NCBI RefSeq assembly: GCF_006345805.1 | Contig: NW_021834778.1 | Coordinates: forward strand, 1-26,299 | Direction: 5' to 3' | Source of the DNA: Octopus sinensis | Taxonomy: Eukaryota | Length of the DNA stretch: 26,299 bases | Shown: positions 9,580 to 19,874 of the stretch, piece after piece | Layout: each line of letters starts with the position of its first letter | How positions within the stretch are numbered: position 1 is the first letter of the stretch | Notes under the pieces: generated by a model | The model's database searches: none | Seen by the model: the letters and a program-made list of their open reading frames with translations, nothing else | What the model was told of the DNA's origin: nothing | Made by a program: the position numbers and the translations under genes

Positions 9580-10180
9580 CGATGTCCTCGACTTACATGA
9601 TGAGGTCCTTAAAACCTTCCCCCCAAAAAAAATTAAAAAAAAATTTTTTCTGCGTTTTGGTCAAAATGAACAACTACGATGTCCTCGACTTACATGATGA
9701 GGTCCTTAAACCTTCCCCCCCAAAAAAAATTAAAAAAAAATTTTCTGCATTTTGGTTAAAATGAACAACTACGATGTCCTAGACTTACATGATGAGGTCC
9801 TTAAAAAACCTTCCCCCCCAAAAAAATTAAAAAAAAATTTTCTGCATTTTGGTTAAAATGAATAACTACGATGTCCTCGACTTACATGATGAGGTCCTTA
9901 AAACCTTCCCCCCAAAAAAATTAAAAAAAAATTTTCTGCATTTTGGTTAAAATGAAAACTAAATGTCCTCGACTTACATGATGAGCTCCTTAAAACCTTC
10001 CCCCCCCCAAAAAAAATTAAAAAAAAATTTTTTCTGCAGTTTGGTTAAAATGAACACTACGATGTCCTCGACTTACATGATGAGGTCCTTAAAACCTTCC
10101 GCCAAAAAATCAAAAAATTTTTTCTGCATTTTGATTAAAATGAACAACGCGGATGTCCTCGACATTCATGATGAGGTCCA
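9580..10180 (+). repeat. ~96-bp tandem repeat, 6 full units plus a partial unit
   Basis: Unit heads CGATGTCCTCGACTTACATGATGAGGTCC at about 9580, 9677, 9772, 9869, 9961, 10060 and 10150; 3 units plus a partial in copies 1 (508-820) and 3 (15790-16105). Confidence 0.9.
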
Positions 10181-10870
10181 TTAAAACTTTCCAGGCAAAA
10201 TCTCACGTATTAAGAATATCCTTGATGAAAACGACAGCGAGAATATTAACAATGATGAACTCCCAATTATTCGCGATAAAGAAATTCAATTCATCCTATG
10301 TTTTTCTCTTTAAAATTAATGCATATATCATTAACGACCATGAATCAAAATTAAAGCTATTATCATAGAGTGTGCCATTAACAGATTTTGAAAAACCACT
10401 TTGATAGTTGAAACCACATTAGCACAATCATTAACACAATTTACCACAAATTGACGCACGACCTTGAATAGAGTGTGCAATTAACAGATTTTGAAAAACA
10501 CTTTGATAGTTGAAAACACATTAGGACAATCATTAAACAATTACCACCCATTGACAGCGCAATCAGAAGAATTTGCGTAAAAATATTAACTATTTAGTTA
10601 AGTTTTTCGTAAAGATTGAATTTATTTTCGGTATTCCTCTTTTCCTAACTTTTTTATTATTCAAAAATAATTTTTTCAATAGATAACCGAAGGAGGGAAG
10701 ACGACCTTAAGAAAAGAAGTTTTTCGTAAAGATAGAATTTATTTTCGGTATGCCTCTATCCTAAACTTTTTTATTATTCAAAATAATTTTTTTAATAGAT
10801 ACCGAAGGAGGAAAAACGAAGCTGAAGAAAAAACGGTCAGCTTAATAAGGTAATTAATCAAATCTTTTTT

Positions 10871-11125
10871 GTGTGTCGCTTTCTTGCCTGTCGCTTTTTT
10901 GTGTGTCGCTTTCTTGCCTGTTGCTTTTTTATGTGTCGCTTTCTTGCCTGTCGCTTTCTTGCCTGTCGCTTTCTTGCCTGCCGCATCTCTACCTGCCGCA
11001 TCTCTGCCTGCCGCATCTCTGCCTGCCGCATCTCTGCCTGCCGCATCTCTGCCTGCCGCATCTCTGCCTGCCGCATTTCCGCCTGCCGCATTTCCGCCTG
11101 CCGCATCTCTGCCTGCCGCATTTCC
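10871..11125 (+). repeat. 15-bp minisatellite, 17 units
   Basis: GTGTGTCGCTTTCTT / GCCTGTCGCTTTTTT units grading into GCCTGCCGCATCTCT / GCCTGCCGCATTTCC units. Confidence 0.95.
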
Positions 11126-11150
11126 GCATTTCCCCCCATCTCACCCAAAT

Positions 11151-12157
11151 AAAAAAAGAAAAAAAAGGAAATTACAAAGAAACACGAAAAAATCAAATAT
11201 AAAAAGTTAACAAATAAAAAAAAGAAAATAAAGCCCAAAAAAAAGAAAATAAAAAAAAGAAAAAAAACTTTAAAAATTAAAAAGAAAATAAACAAAAAAA
11301 GAAAAAAAAACTTAATAAATAAAAAAAAGAAACTAAAAGACAAAAAAAGAAAAAAAATTTAAAAATAAAAAAAATTTAAAAATAAAAAAAAATTTAAAAA
11401 TAAAAAAAAATTTAAAAAAAAAAAAATTAAAAAATAAAAAAATAAAAAAACTTTTAAAAAATAAAAAAATGAAATAAAAACACAATAAAAATCGAAAAAA
11501 AAACACAATAAAAATCAAAAAATTAAAAAACTAAAAAAAAAAAAAAAAATAAAAAAAAAATCAAAAAAAGTAAATAAAACACAAAAAAAGAATAAAAAAA
11601 TAAAAACACATAAAAACAAAAAATAAAAAACAAAAAATAAAAAAATAAACAAAAAAAATTCAAAAAATAAAAAAAAATTTAAAAAAATAAATGAAAAAGA
11701 AAAAAAAATTTAAAAAATAAAAAAAGAAAATAAAAACACAATAAAAAACAAAAATAAGAAAAAATTCAAAAAAGAAAAAAAAGGAAATTACAAAGAAACA
11801 CGAAAAAATCAAATATAAAAAGTTAACAAATAAAAAAAAGAAAATAAAGCCCAAAAAAAAATAAAAAAAAGAAAAAAAACTTTAAAAATTAAAAAGAAAA
11901 TAAACAAAAAAAGAAAAAAAAACTTAATAAATAAAAAAAAGAAACTAAAAGACAAAAAAAAAAAAAAAATTTAAAATAAAAAAAATTAAAAATAAAAAAA
12001 ATTTAAAAAAAAAAATTTAAAAATAAAAAAAAATTAAAAAATAAAAAATAAAAAAACTTTTAAAAAATAAAAAAATGAAATAAAAACACAATAAAAATCG
12101 AAAAAAAAACACAATAAAAATCAAAAAATTAAAAAACTAAAAAATAAAAAAAGAAAA
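11151..12157 (+). repeat. A-rich low-complexity tract with an internal ~616-bp tandem duplication
   Basis: Anchor GGAAATTACAAAGAAACACG at 11167 and 11783, with collinear downstream text. Confidence 0.85.
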
Positions 12158-15100
12158 CACGTTGTTTGTTGTTGTGGTGTAATTTTTTTTCAATTTATCT
12201 GTTATTTTTCATATCTTTTGTATAATTTAATACATTATCGAGTTGTCTTAGTTGTTACTATTTCTTTCGTCGGTATTTCTGTTATCTTTCTTAATACTTC
12301 TTTCCTATTTTTACATGTCATCCCTTTTCCACGATCCATACCATGTGGTAAATGCAGTAAAATTAACTGCCGCAAAAACGGCATTTACTGCGCCAAATGC
12401 CATGCTTACTTCCATATTGGATGTCTCAAGATTTCGAAGAAATCCGTTTCCAGCATCCCAATATGGCACTGTAACTCTTGCCTGGCAGCTGCCTCATTCC
12501 ACGACACACCCACATTGTTTGATAGTTCCCATGATCAATCTCCCAATATACTAACTTCATCGAACGCAATACTATCCTACCTATCAAGATATCGTCATTC
12601 GAGAAGCATCCCTATCCGTTTACCGAAACCAGCTCGTCCAGCAGCTGCGGAGGCCTTGTCTCATCTGATATCCAGAGCTATGTCCTCAAACAGGGACGAG
12701 GATGGGCAAAAGCGTTCTGCTTCCCCTTTTTCGGACTTGGCCTGACCGTGGAGATAAATTGCCCGGGAATTTCACTTCCAAACTTAAAAGATCTATTTCT
12801 TCTTACTTCCCCTTTTCCATCGACACATTAATATCTCAGGAAAGCCACTCACTGTCAAAACCAAGACTAAACCACAACGAAAACCTACGCAAGAGAGTAC
12901 GTTCCAAGTTAATGTCGGGCGACTTCTCGGCCGCCTTGAGAATATTTCCTCAGACGATAAAGTTGCGAGGGTGACGAACAAACATTACAGTCCCTCCTAG
13001 CAAAACATCCCACTCCATCTTCTCCTAAACAGTACCAACACCAAGCCCAGATCATGATTTTGTGCATGTCGATAAAGACGAAGTGTTGAGAGCCCTGAAG
13101 TCTTTTCGCCCTAGTAGCAGCGGTGGAATCGATGGCCTCCGTCCAAGTCATATCATGGATCTGGTCTCCTCTTCAGCTTCCGCAGCCGGAGAACGTCTTT
13201 TGACGGATATTTGTGGTCTAATGAACGCATTCCTCGAAGGGTCTCTGTCTGATTTCCCACGCTCCCTTTTTCTCTCGGGTAACCTGACCGCGCTGAATAA
13301 AAAGGACGGTGGAATCCGTCCCATATCCGTCGGTAATGTTTTCAGGAGACTGGCGGCTAAGATCGCTTGCGCCAGGTCTTCACATCTGTTTCCGAAAATT
13401 TTCCATAACATACAGATGGGTGTCGGTGTTAAAGGTGGCTGCGAAGCCACTGTCCACGCCGTGAGGGATTTTACAGAGTTTTCACACTCTGCTTATAACG
13501 ACTGTATTCTTGCTAATTGGACATGAAAAATGCTTTTAATTGCATCGACCGCTCATACTTCCTTAAAGAATGCAGCAAACATAACATTCCATTACTCCCG
13601 ATGGCCAGCATGTGCTACGGTTGCACACCTGAACTAATGATAGACGGACACACGATCTTGTCCTCCTCTGGGGTCCAACAAGGTGACCCCCTTGGTCCAT
13701 TACTCTTCTCCATGGGCGTTAACCCAACAGCACACGCCGTAAAATCACCGCTCAACGTTTGGTATCTGGATGACATTACTATTGGTGGTCCTGCTCACCA
13801 AGTCATCTTGGATATAGAATCAATCGCTGTAAGTCTGAACAAAATTGGATTACAGTTGAACCCTTCAAAATGTGAGATCATAAACCTCAACGCCAACGAG
13901 GAAGATTTCGCGACTAGTGGAAAAATATCACTCAATCTTACCGGGTGGTATTATAACCAGGAAAGGGTCGCTTGAAGTCTTAGGATCTCCCATTTTCTCG
14001 GAAGGAATCGAGAAAATACTGTCCGGAAAATTATCCACTTTTGAGCTCATGTCAAGCAGGCTATCCATCCTGGACGCTCACGAAGGGTTTTTCTTGTTGA
14101 AAAACTTCATATCACTCCCCAAGCTACAACACGTTCTCCGCTCTGCCCCCTGCTTTATAAACCCTGAACTTCTCAAAGAACTGGAAACAGGGCTGAAACA
14201 CAGTGCCGAAAATCTCTGCAACATTCGTTTTGACGAAGCCTCGTGGACCCAAGCCACGCTTCCAATACGATTCGGAGGCATTGGTCTCGGTCCCCAGCAG
14301 ATATTGCATTACCCGCTTTCCTCTCTTCTCGATTGTCGTGTGACTCACTGGTGGTTGCTGTTCTCCCCCTTTCCACTGAACGCAACGCATCCTCCTGGTA
14401 TCAGATGGCAATCGAAATTTGGTCGAACAAAGGCCTCAAGACACCTGCTAACTCATTCTCACAGAGATGTTGGGACGACCTGTATTCTATGTCAATTTAC
14501 CACCACTTGGAAGAGGTCTCTGATCAATCTCGTCTTGCATGCCTTAGAAGTGCTTCACAAAAACAATCCGGAGCGTGGCTCAATGCATGTCCTATCCTTC
14601 AGTCGGAAACAAACTGGACGACGAGACATTGCGAATTGCAATCTCCTTACGCCTTTGCATGAAGATCTGTCGCCAGCACCGCTGTAGTTGCGGGGCTTCC
14701 GTTGACGAATTCGGACGGCACGCTCTCTCATGCAGACGCAGTGCAGGCCGGTTTCCAAGACATCACGCAATGAACCTAATTGTCAAGAACGCTTTGCATG
14801 CAGCTGGTTTCCCGGCACAGCTGGAGCCTCCTGGTCTCATTCGCACAGACGGAAAAAGACCTGATGGGATAACAATTTTCCCGTACACCAACGGAAGTGC
14901 CTTGTTTGGGACTGCGCTTGCACCGACACCTACTCAGAGACAAACCTGATCGCCTCAGCTTCCTCTCCAGGATATGCTTCACAGAACTACGAAAAAATTA
15001 AAATATTCAGAGCTCAAGGACAGGTTCATAGTGCAACCGATTATTGTGGAGTCATCTGGAGTCTTCGGTCCGGAATCAATCTCTTTTATTAGGAAACTTG

Positions 15101-15257
15101 GATCCCTGATCTCGGTTCAGACGAAAGATAGAAGGGAGACCGAATGGCTGTTTCAACGCCTTTCAACAACCGTTGTCAGAGGTAATAGCCACGCTATCCT
15201 TTCTGCTCTTAAGCAACCTTAATTAACTTATATTTTTTTTTTATGAAAATATTAATT
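12158..15257 (+). mobile_element. CRE-clade non-LTR retrotransposon (PHD finger - RT - CCHC finger - restriction-like endonuclease); single ORF at about 12315-15222 broken by small indels
   Basis: RT motifs DGLRPSHI, KKDGGIRPISVGNVFRRL, QMGVGVKGGCE, DMKNAFN, GVQQGDPLGPLLF, WYLDD, GLQLNPSKCE, QATLPIRFGGIGL; C-terminal CSC..H..SC, RHHAMN, GKRPDG..WD, PIIVESSGVFG; candidate TSD AAAAAAGAAAA at 12147-12157 and 15258-15268. Confidence 0.88.
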
Positions 15258-15686
15258 AAAAAAGAAAATAAAACAAAAAAATCAAAAAAGTAAATAAAAC
15301 ACAAAAAAAAAGAATAAAAAAATAAAAACACAATAAAAAACAAAAATAAAAAAAACAAAAATAAAAAAATAAAACAAAAAAAAATTCAAAAAATAAAAAA
15401 ATAAAATAAAACACAAAAACCGCAAAAGACAAAAAAGAAAATAAAAAACAAAAATCGAAAAAATAAAAAAAGAAAAAATAAAACACAAAAAAAAAAAAAA
15501 AATTTTAAAAATAAAAAAAGAAAATAAAAACACAAAAAAGCAAAAAATAAGAAAATAAAAAACAAAAAAAAATCAAAAAATACAAAAAAAAGTAAAAATA
15601 AAAAAAAGAAAAAAAAATTTAAAACATAAAATAAAAAAAAATTTAAAACATAAAAAAAGAAAATAAAACCCAAAAAAATCAAAAAA
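15258..15686 (+). repeat. A-rich tract; continuation of the tract interrupted by the CRE element
   Basis: TCAAAAAAGTAAATAAAACAC...GAATAAAAAAATAAAAACAC matches about 11551-11610, the sequence expected after the insertion point. Confidence 0.8.
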
Positions 15687-17124
15687 TCTTAATAATAAAA
15701 TGGTATGGTGTGTGTCTGTCTGTCTGTCTGTCTGTCTGTGTGTCTGTCTGTCTGTCTGTGTGTGTCACACCAACTTCAAATTGGCAATACGATGTCCTCG
15801 ACTTACATGATGAGGTCCTTAAAACCTTCCCCCCCAAAAAAATTAAAAAAAATTTTCTTCTGCGTTTTGGTCAAAATGAACAACTACGATGTCCTCGACT
15901 TACATGATGAGGTCCTTAAAACCTTCCCCCCCAAAAAAATTAAAAAAAATTTTTTCTCTGCATTTTGGTTCAAATGAACAACTACGATGTCCTCGACTTA
16001 CATGATGAGGTCCTTAAACCTCCCGCCAAAAAATCAAAAAATTATTTTCTGCATTTTGATTAAAATGAACAACGCGAATGTCCTCGACATTCATGATGAA
16101 ATCCATTAAAACTTTCCAGGCAAAAATCTCACGTATTAAGAATATCCTTGATGAAAACGACAGCGAGAATATTAACAATGATGAACTCCCAATTATTCGC
16201 GATAAAGAAATTCAATTCATCCTATGTTTTTTCTCTTTAAAATAAATGCATATATCATTAACGACCATGAATCAAAATTAAAGCTATTATCATAGAGTGT
16301 GCAATTAACAGATTTTGAAAAACCACTTTGATAGTTGAAACCCATTAGCACAATCATTAACACAATTTACCACAAATTGACGCACGACCTTGAATAGAGT
16401 GTGCAATTAACAGATTTTGAAAAACTTTGATAGTTGAAACCACATTAGGACAATCATTAACACAATTTACCACCCATTGACAGCGCAATCAGAAGAATTG
16501 CGTAAAAATATTACTATTTAGTTTAGTTTTTCGTAAAGATAGAATTTATTTTCGGTATGATGCCTCTTTTCCTAAACTTTTTTATTATTCAAAAATATTT
16601 TTTCAATAGATAACCGAAGGAGGGAAGACGACCTTAAGAAAAGAAGTTTTTCGTAAAGATAGAATTTATTTTCGGTATGCCTCTTATCCTAAACTTTTTT
16701 ATTATTCAAAAATAATTTTTTTAATAGATAACCGAAGGAGGAAAAACGAAGCTGAAGAAAAAACGGTCAGCTTAATAAGGTAATTAATCAAATCTTTTTT
16801 GTGTGTCGCTTTCTTGCCTGTCGCTTTTTTGTGTGTCGCTTTCTTGCCTGTCGCTTTTTTGTGTGTCGCTTTCTTGCCTGTCGCTTTTTTATGTGTCGCT
16901 TTCTTGCCTGTCGCTTTCTTGCCTGTCGCTTTCTTGCCTGCCGCATCTCTACCTGCCGCATCTCTGCCTGCCGCATCTCTGCCTGCCGCATTTCCGCCTG
17001 CCGCATTTCCGCCTGCCGCATCTCTGCCTGCCGCATTTCCGCATTTCCCCCCATCTCACCCAAATAAAAAAAAAAAAAAGGAAATTACAAAGAAACACGA
17101 AAAAATCAATATAAAAAGTTAACA
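15687..17124 (+). mobile_element. Non-autonomous Helitron-like module, copy 3
   Basis: A|TCTTAATAATAAAATGG start; 3 VNTR units; 16 15-mer units (16801-17040); fused at AACA to a helicase fragment. Confidence 0.75.
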
Positions 17125-19012
17125 TACAGAGAAGCCTGTTTTAAATTAGGTCTTTTAGAGGATGATAATCACTGGAATCAGACTTTAACAGAAGCTGAAC
17201 TTGCAGATTCCCCATCGCGACTAAGGTATTTATTTACTTTGATGCTAGCCCATTGTGGGTTAGCAAATCCACAACACTGTGGGAAGGTCACCGAGAAAGC
17301 ATGTGTGAGATATATTAAGAGAGAAGAATAGATTGAGTTTCGATGCAGAGATTTTCAACATTGGATTAATCATGATAGATAGATTGCTAATATCTATCGT
17401 TGGTAAGAGTGTAGTGAATTTGGTTTTATAATCAGCGATATTCATAATATTAATTCATTTGATGAGCATTATAATTTAGAAGAACTTCGAACAATAGTGG
17501 AAGAAAGAGAACAAAGCTTAACCACTGGCCAGTTGGAGGTATACAGAGAAAATTAATCGAGTCATCATCCAGAAGAAAACGGTTCTAATCATTTTTATTG
17601 ATGCACCGGGTGGAACAGGTAAGACCTATCTTCTAAATCTATTATTAGCTAAGGTCAGAAGCAAAAATAAACTAGCTTTAGCAGTTGCATCTTCTGGAAT
17701 TGCTGCAACTCTTTTAGATGGCGGTCGAACCGCACATTCGACATTCAACATTCCGTTGAATCTCTCATATACTACTGAACCGGTTTGTAATGTAAAAAAA
17801 TTCAACTACGGGTAATAGAATTATGCATTCTAGGTTAATTGTTTGGGATGAATGTACGATGGCTCATAAAGGCGCATTCGAAGCAGTTGATCGAACATAT
17901 AGAGATATCAAGAATTGTAGCGACCATTTATTTGGGGGAGCAATAGTTGTATTGGCAGGTGATTTTAGACAGACGCTGCCAATTATTCAAAGAGGGACGC
18001 CTGCGGATGAATTGAATGCCTGCCTCAAATCGTCATATTTGTGGACACACGTGAAAAAGGTAAGCTTAGATGTAAATGTACGTGCACATTTACAAGGCGT
18101 TAATAGCATATTCCCACAAATCCTTCTAGATATTGGAAATGGGGCAATCACTTCAGAAATGCAAGACCAGAAAATTAGGCTACCGGAAGAATTATGTATT
18201 TTCGTAGAAACAGCAGAAGAATTATTGAATGCCGTCTATTCCGAACTATCTGAACACTACGTGAATTTCGACTGGCTGCGTGAACGAGCTATATTAGCTC
18301 CACTTAATGATGAGGTACTTAATATAAATTTAGATTTATTAATGAAAATCCCTGGCAGAGAAAGAATATATAAATCGGTCGACGTTATTATGGACCATGA
18401 AAGGGCCTGCGAATATCCTGTAGAATTTTTAAATTCCTTAGATCCATCTGGAATGCCGAATCATCTATTGAAATTAAAAATAGGTGTACCGGTTGTGTTA
18501 CTACTCCGCAATCTTGCGCCACCTAAATTATGCAATGGTACAAGGTTGGTTATCAAGAATTTGATGGCTAACGTAATAGAAGCGACAATATTAACAGGTA
18601 ATTACAGAGGTGAGGATGTTTATATCCACGAATACCTCTGATTTCGGAAGAATTACCTTTTAGATTTAAGAGACTACAATTTCCGCTGAAGATAAGTTTT
18701 GCTATGACAATAAACAAGGCCCAGGGACAGTCTTTAAAGGTAGTAGGCTTATTTTTAGAGAACGAGTGCTTTTCACATGGCCAGCTGTATGTGGGGTGCT
18801 CAAGGGTAGGTAGAAGAGAAAATTTATTTATTTTGCCAAGGATGGACGGACTGCAAACATCGTTAATCCACAGGCCTTAGAATAAGGTTATATCAAAGCA
18901 GGTCGCATTATATATCTACATAAATTTATAGTTATTTAAGGAAACTGCGAGCGTAGCGAGCAGGCCTCCGCAGGAGCTAGCTCGCAGTGAGCGAAGCAAA
19001 CTGCTGAGCTAG
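17121..19012 (+). mobile_element. 5'-truncated duplicate of the Helitron 3' end (helicase region, hairpin, CTAG)
   Basis: Nearly identical to 23988-25878; PIF1 motifs LIVWDECTM, LAGDFRQTLP, LCNGTRL, MTINKAQGQS; ends CTAG|T. Confidence 0.93.
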
Positions 19013-19410
19013 TAAGAAAATAAAAACAAAAAAAATTAAAAAATAAAAAAAGTTAAAAAAAATAAAACACAAAAAAATCAAAAAATAAGAAAATAAAAAC
19101 AAAAAATTAAAAAATAAAAAAAGTTAAAAAATAAAAAAAAAAAAGAAAATAAAACAAAAAAAGAAAAAAATTAAAAATAAAACAAAAAATTTAAATAAAA
19201 AAAAAAAACTAAAACACAAAAAAGAAAAAAATTAAAAAATAACAAAAAATTTAAATAAAAAAAGAAAAAAAAACACAAAAAAAGAAAAAAAATATAAAAA
19301 TAAAATAAAACACAATAAAAAACAAAAAAAAAAAAAATAAAACACACAAAAAAAAATTCATAAAATAAAAAAAAAATTTTAAAAAATAAAAAAAGAAAAT
19401 AACAAAAAAA
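19013..19410 (+). repeat. A-rich low-complexity spacer between the duplicated Helitron 3' end and the autonomous Helitron
   Basis: Almost purely A with T/C punctuation and few G; same style as 11151-12157 and 15258-15686. Confidence 0.85.
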
Positions 19411-19635
19411 CTTAAAATTTGTCTGCCGCCGTGTGTGCACACTTCAACAAACCGTGCGCGGAACGCGGAAGCAACCGTACTGTTGGGCTCTAACCCCTGC
19501 CCCGTCGAGCACGCAGATCGAGCTGGATCTCTTAATTGATTCTTATTTTCACTTAAAAATTATTTACTTTGAATTAAAATTAGATTAATTCTTATTTTCA
19601 CTTATCTTTAACAACCTGTCAATTTTTAACAGCCT

Positions 19636-19815
19636 ATTAAGATAATGCTTAAGAGCCCTTTACAGTTTCCGGAAATTTAGCTTAGTGACCTTGATTAGAC
19701 AAACCACTTCAGATAGCAATTAGAATAAGGCTTAAGAGCCCTTTACAGTTTACGGAAATTAGGCTTAGTGACCTTGATTAGACAAACCACTTCAGATAGC
19801 AATTAAGATAAGACA
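19636..19815 (+). repeat. ~83-bp direct repeat, 2 units plus the start of a third, upstream of the Helitron ORF
   Basis: Unit starts at about 19636, 19719 and 19802 (..CTTAAGAGCCCTTTACAGTTT..GCTTAGTGACCTTGATTAGACAAACCACTTCAGATAGCAATT). Confidence 0.9.
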
Positions 19816-19874
19816 AGGAGGCTAAGAGCGTTAAATGTTCAATATGTATTACTGCGTGGCGTAAAAAGATTAGT

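Larger units (their letters stand above)
9480..12157 (+). mobile_element. Non-autonomous Helitron-like module, copy 2, including its A-rich tail
   Basis: A|TCTTAATATAAAAGGTATGG start, (TGTC)n at about 9499-9555, then the same module order as copies 1 and 3. Confidence 0.75.

Noticed and set aside
10858-11343. ORFs made of MRQAE, CRISA or LPAAS repeats (also at 16788-17122)
   Set aside because: These are translations of the 15-bp minisatellite, open in several frames on both strands; no coding evidence
11333-19442. Phe-rich minus-strand ORFs (11333-11854, 15256-15682, 19171-19442)
   Set aside because: Artefacts of reading A-rich tracts on the T-rich strand
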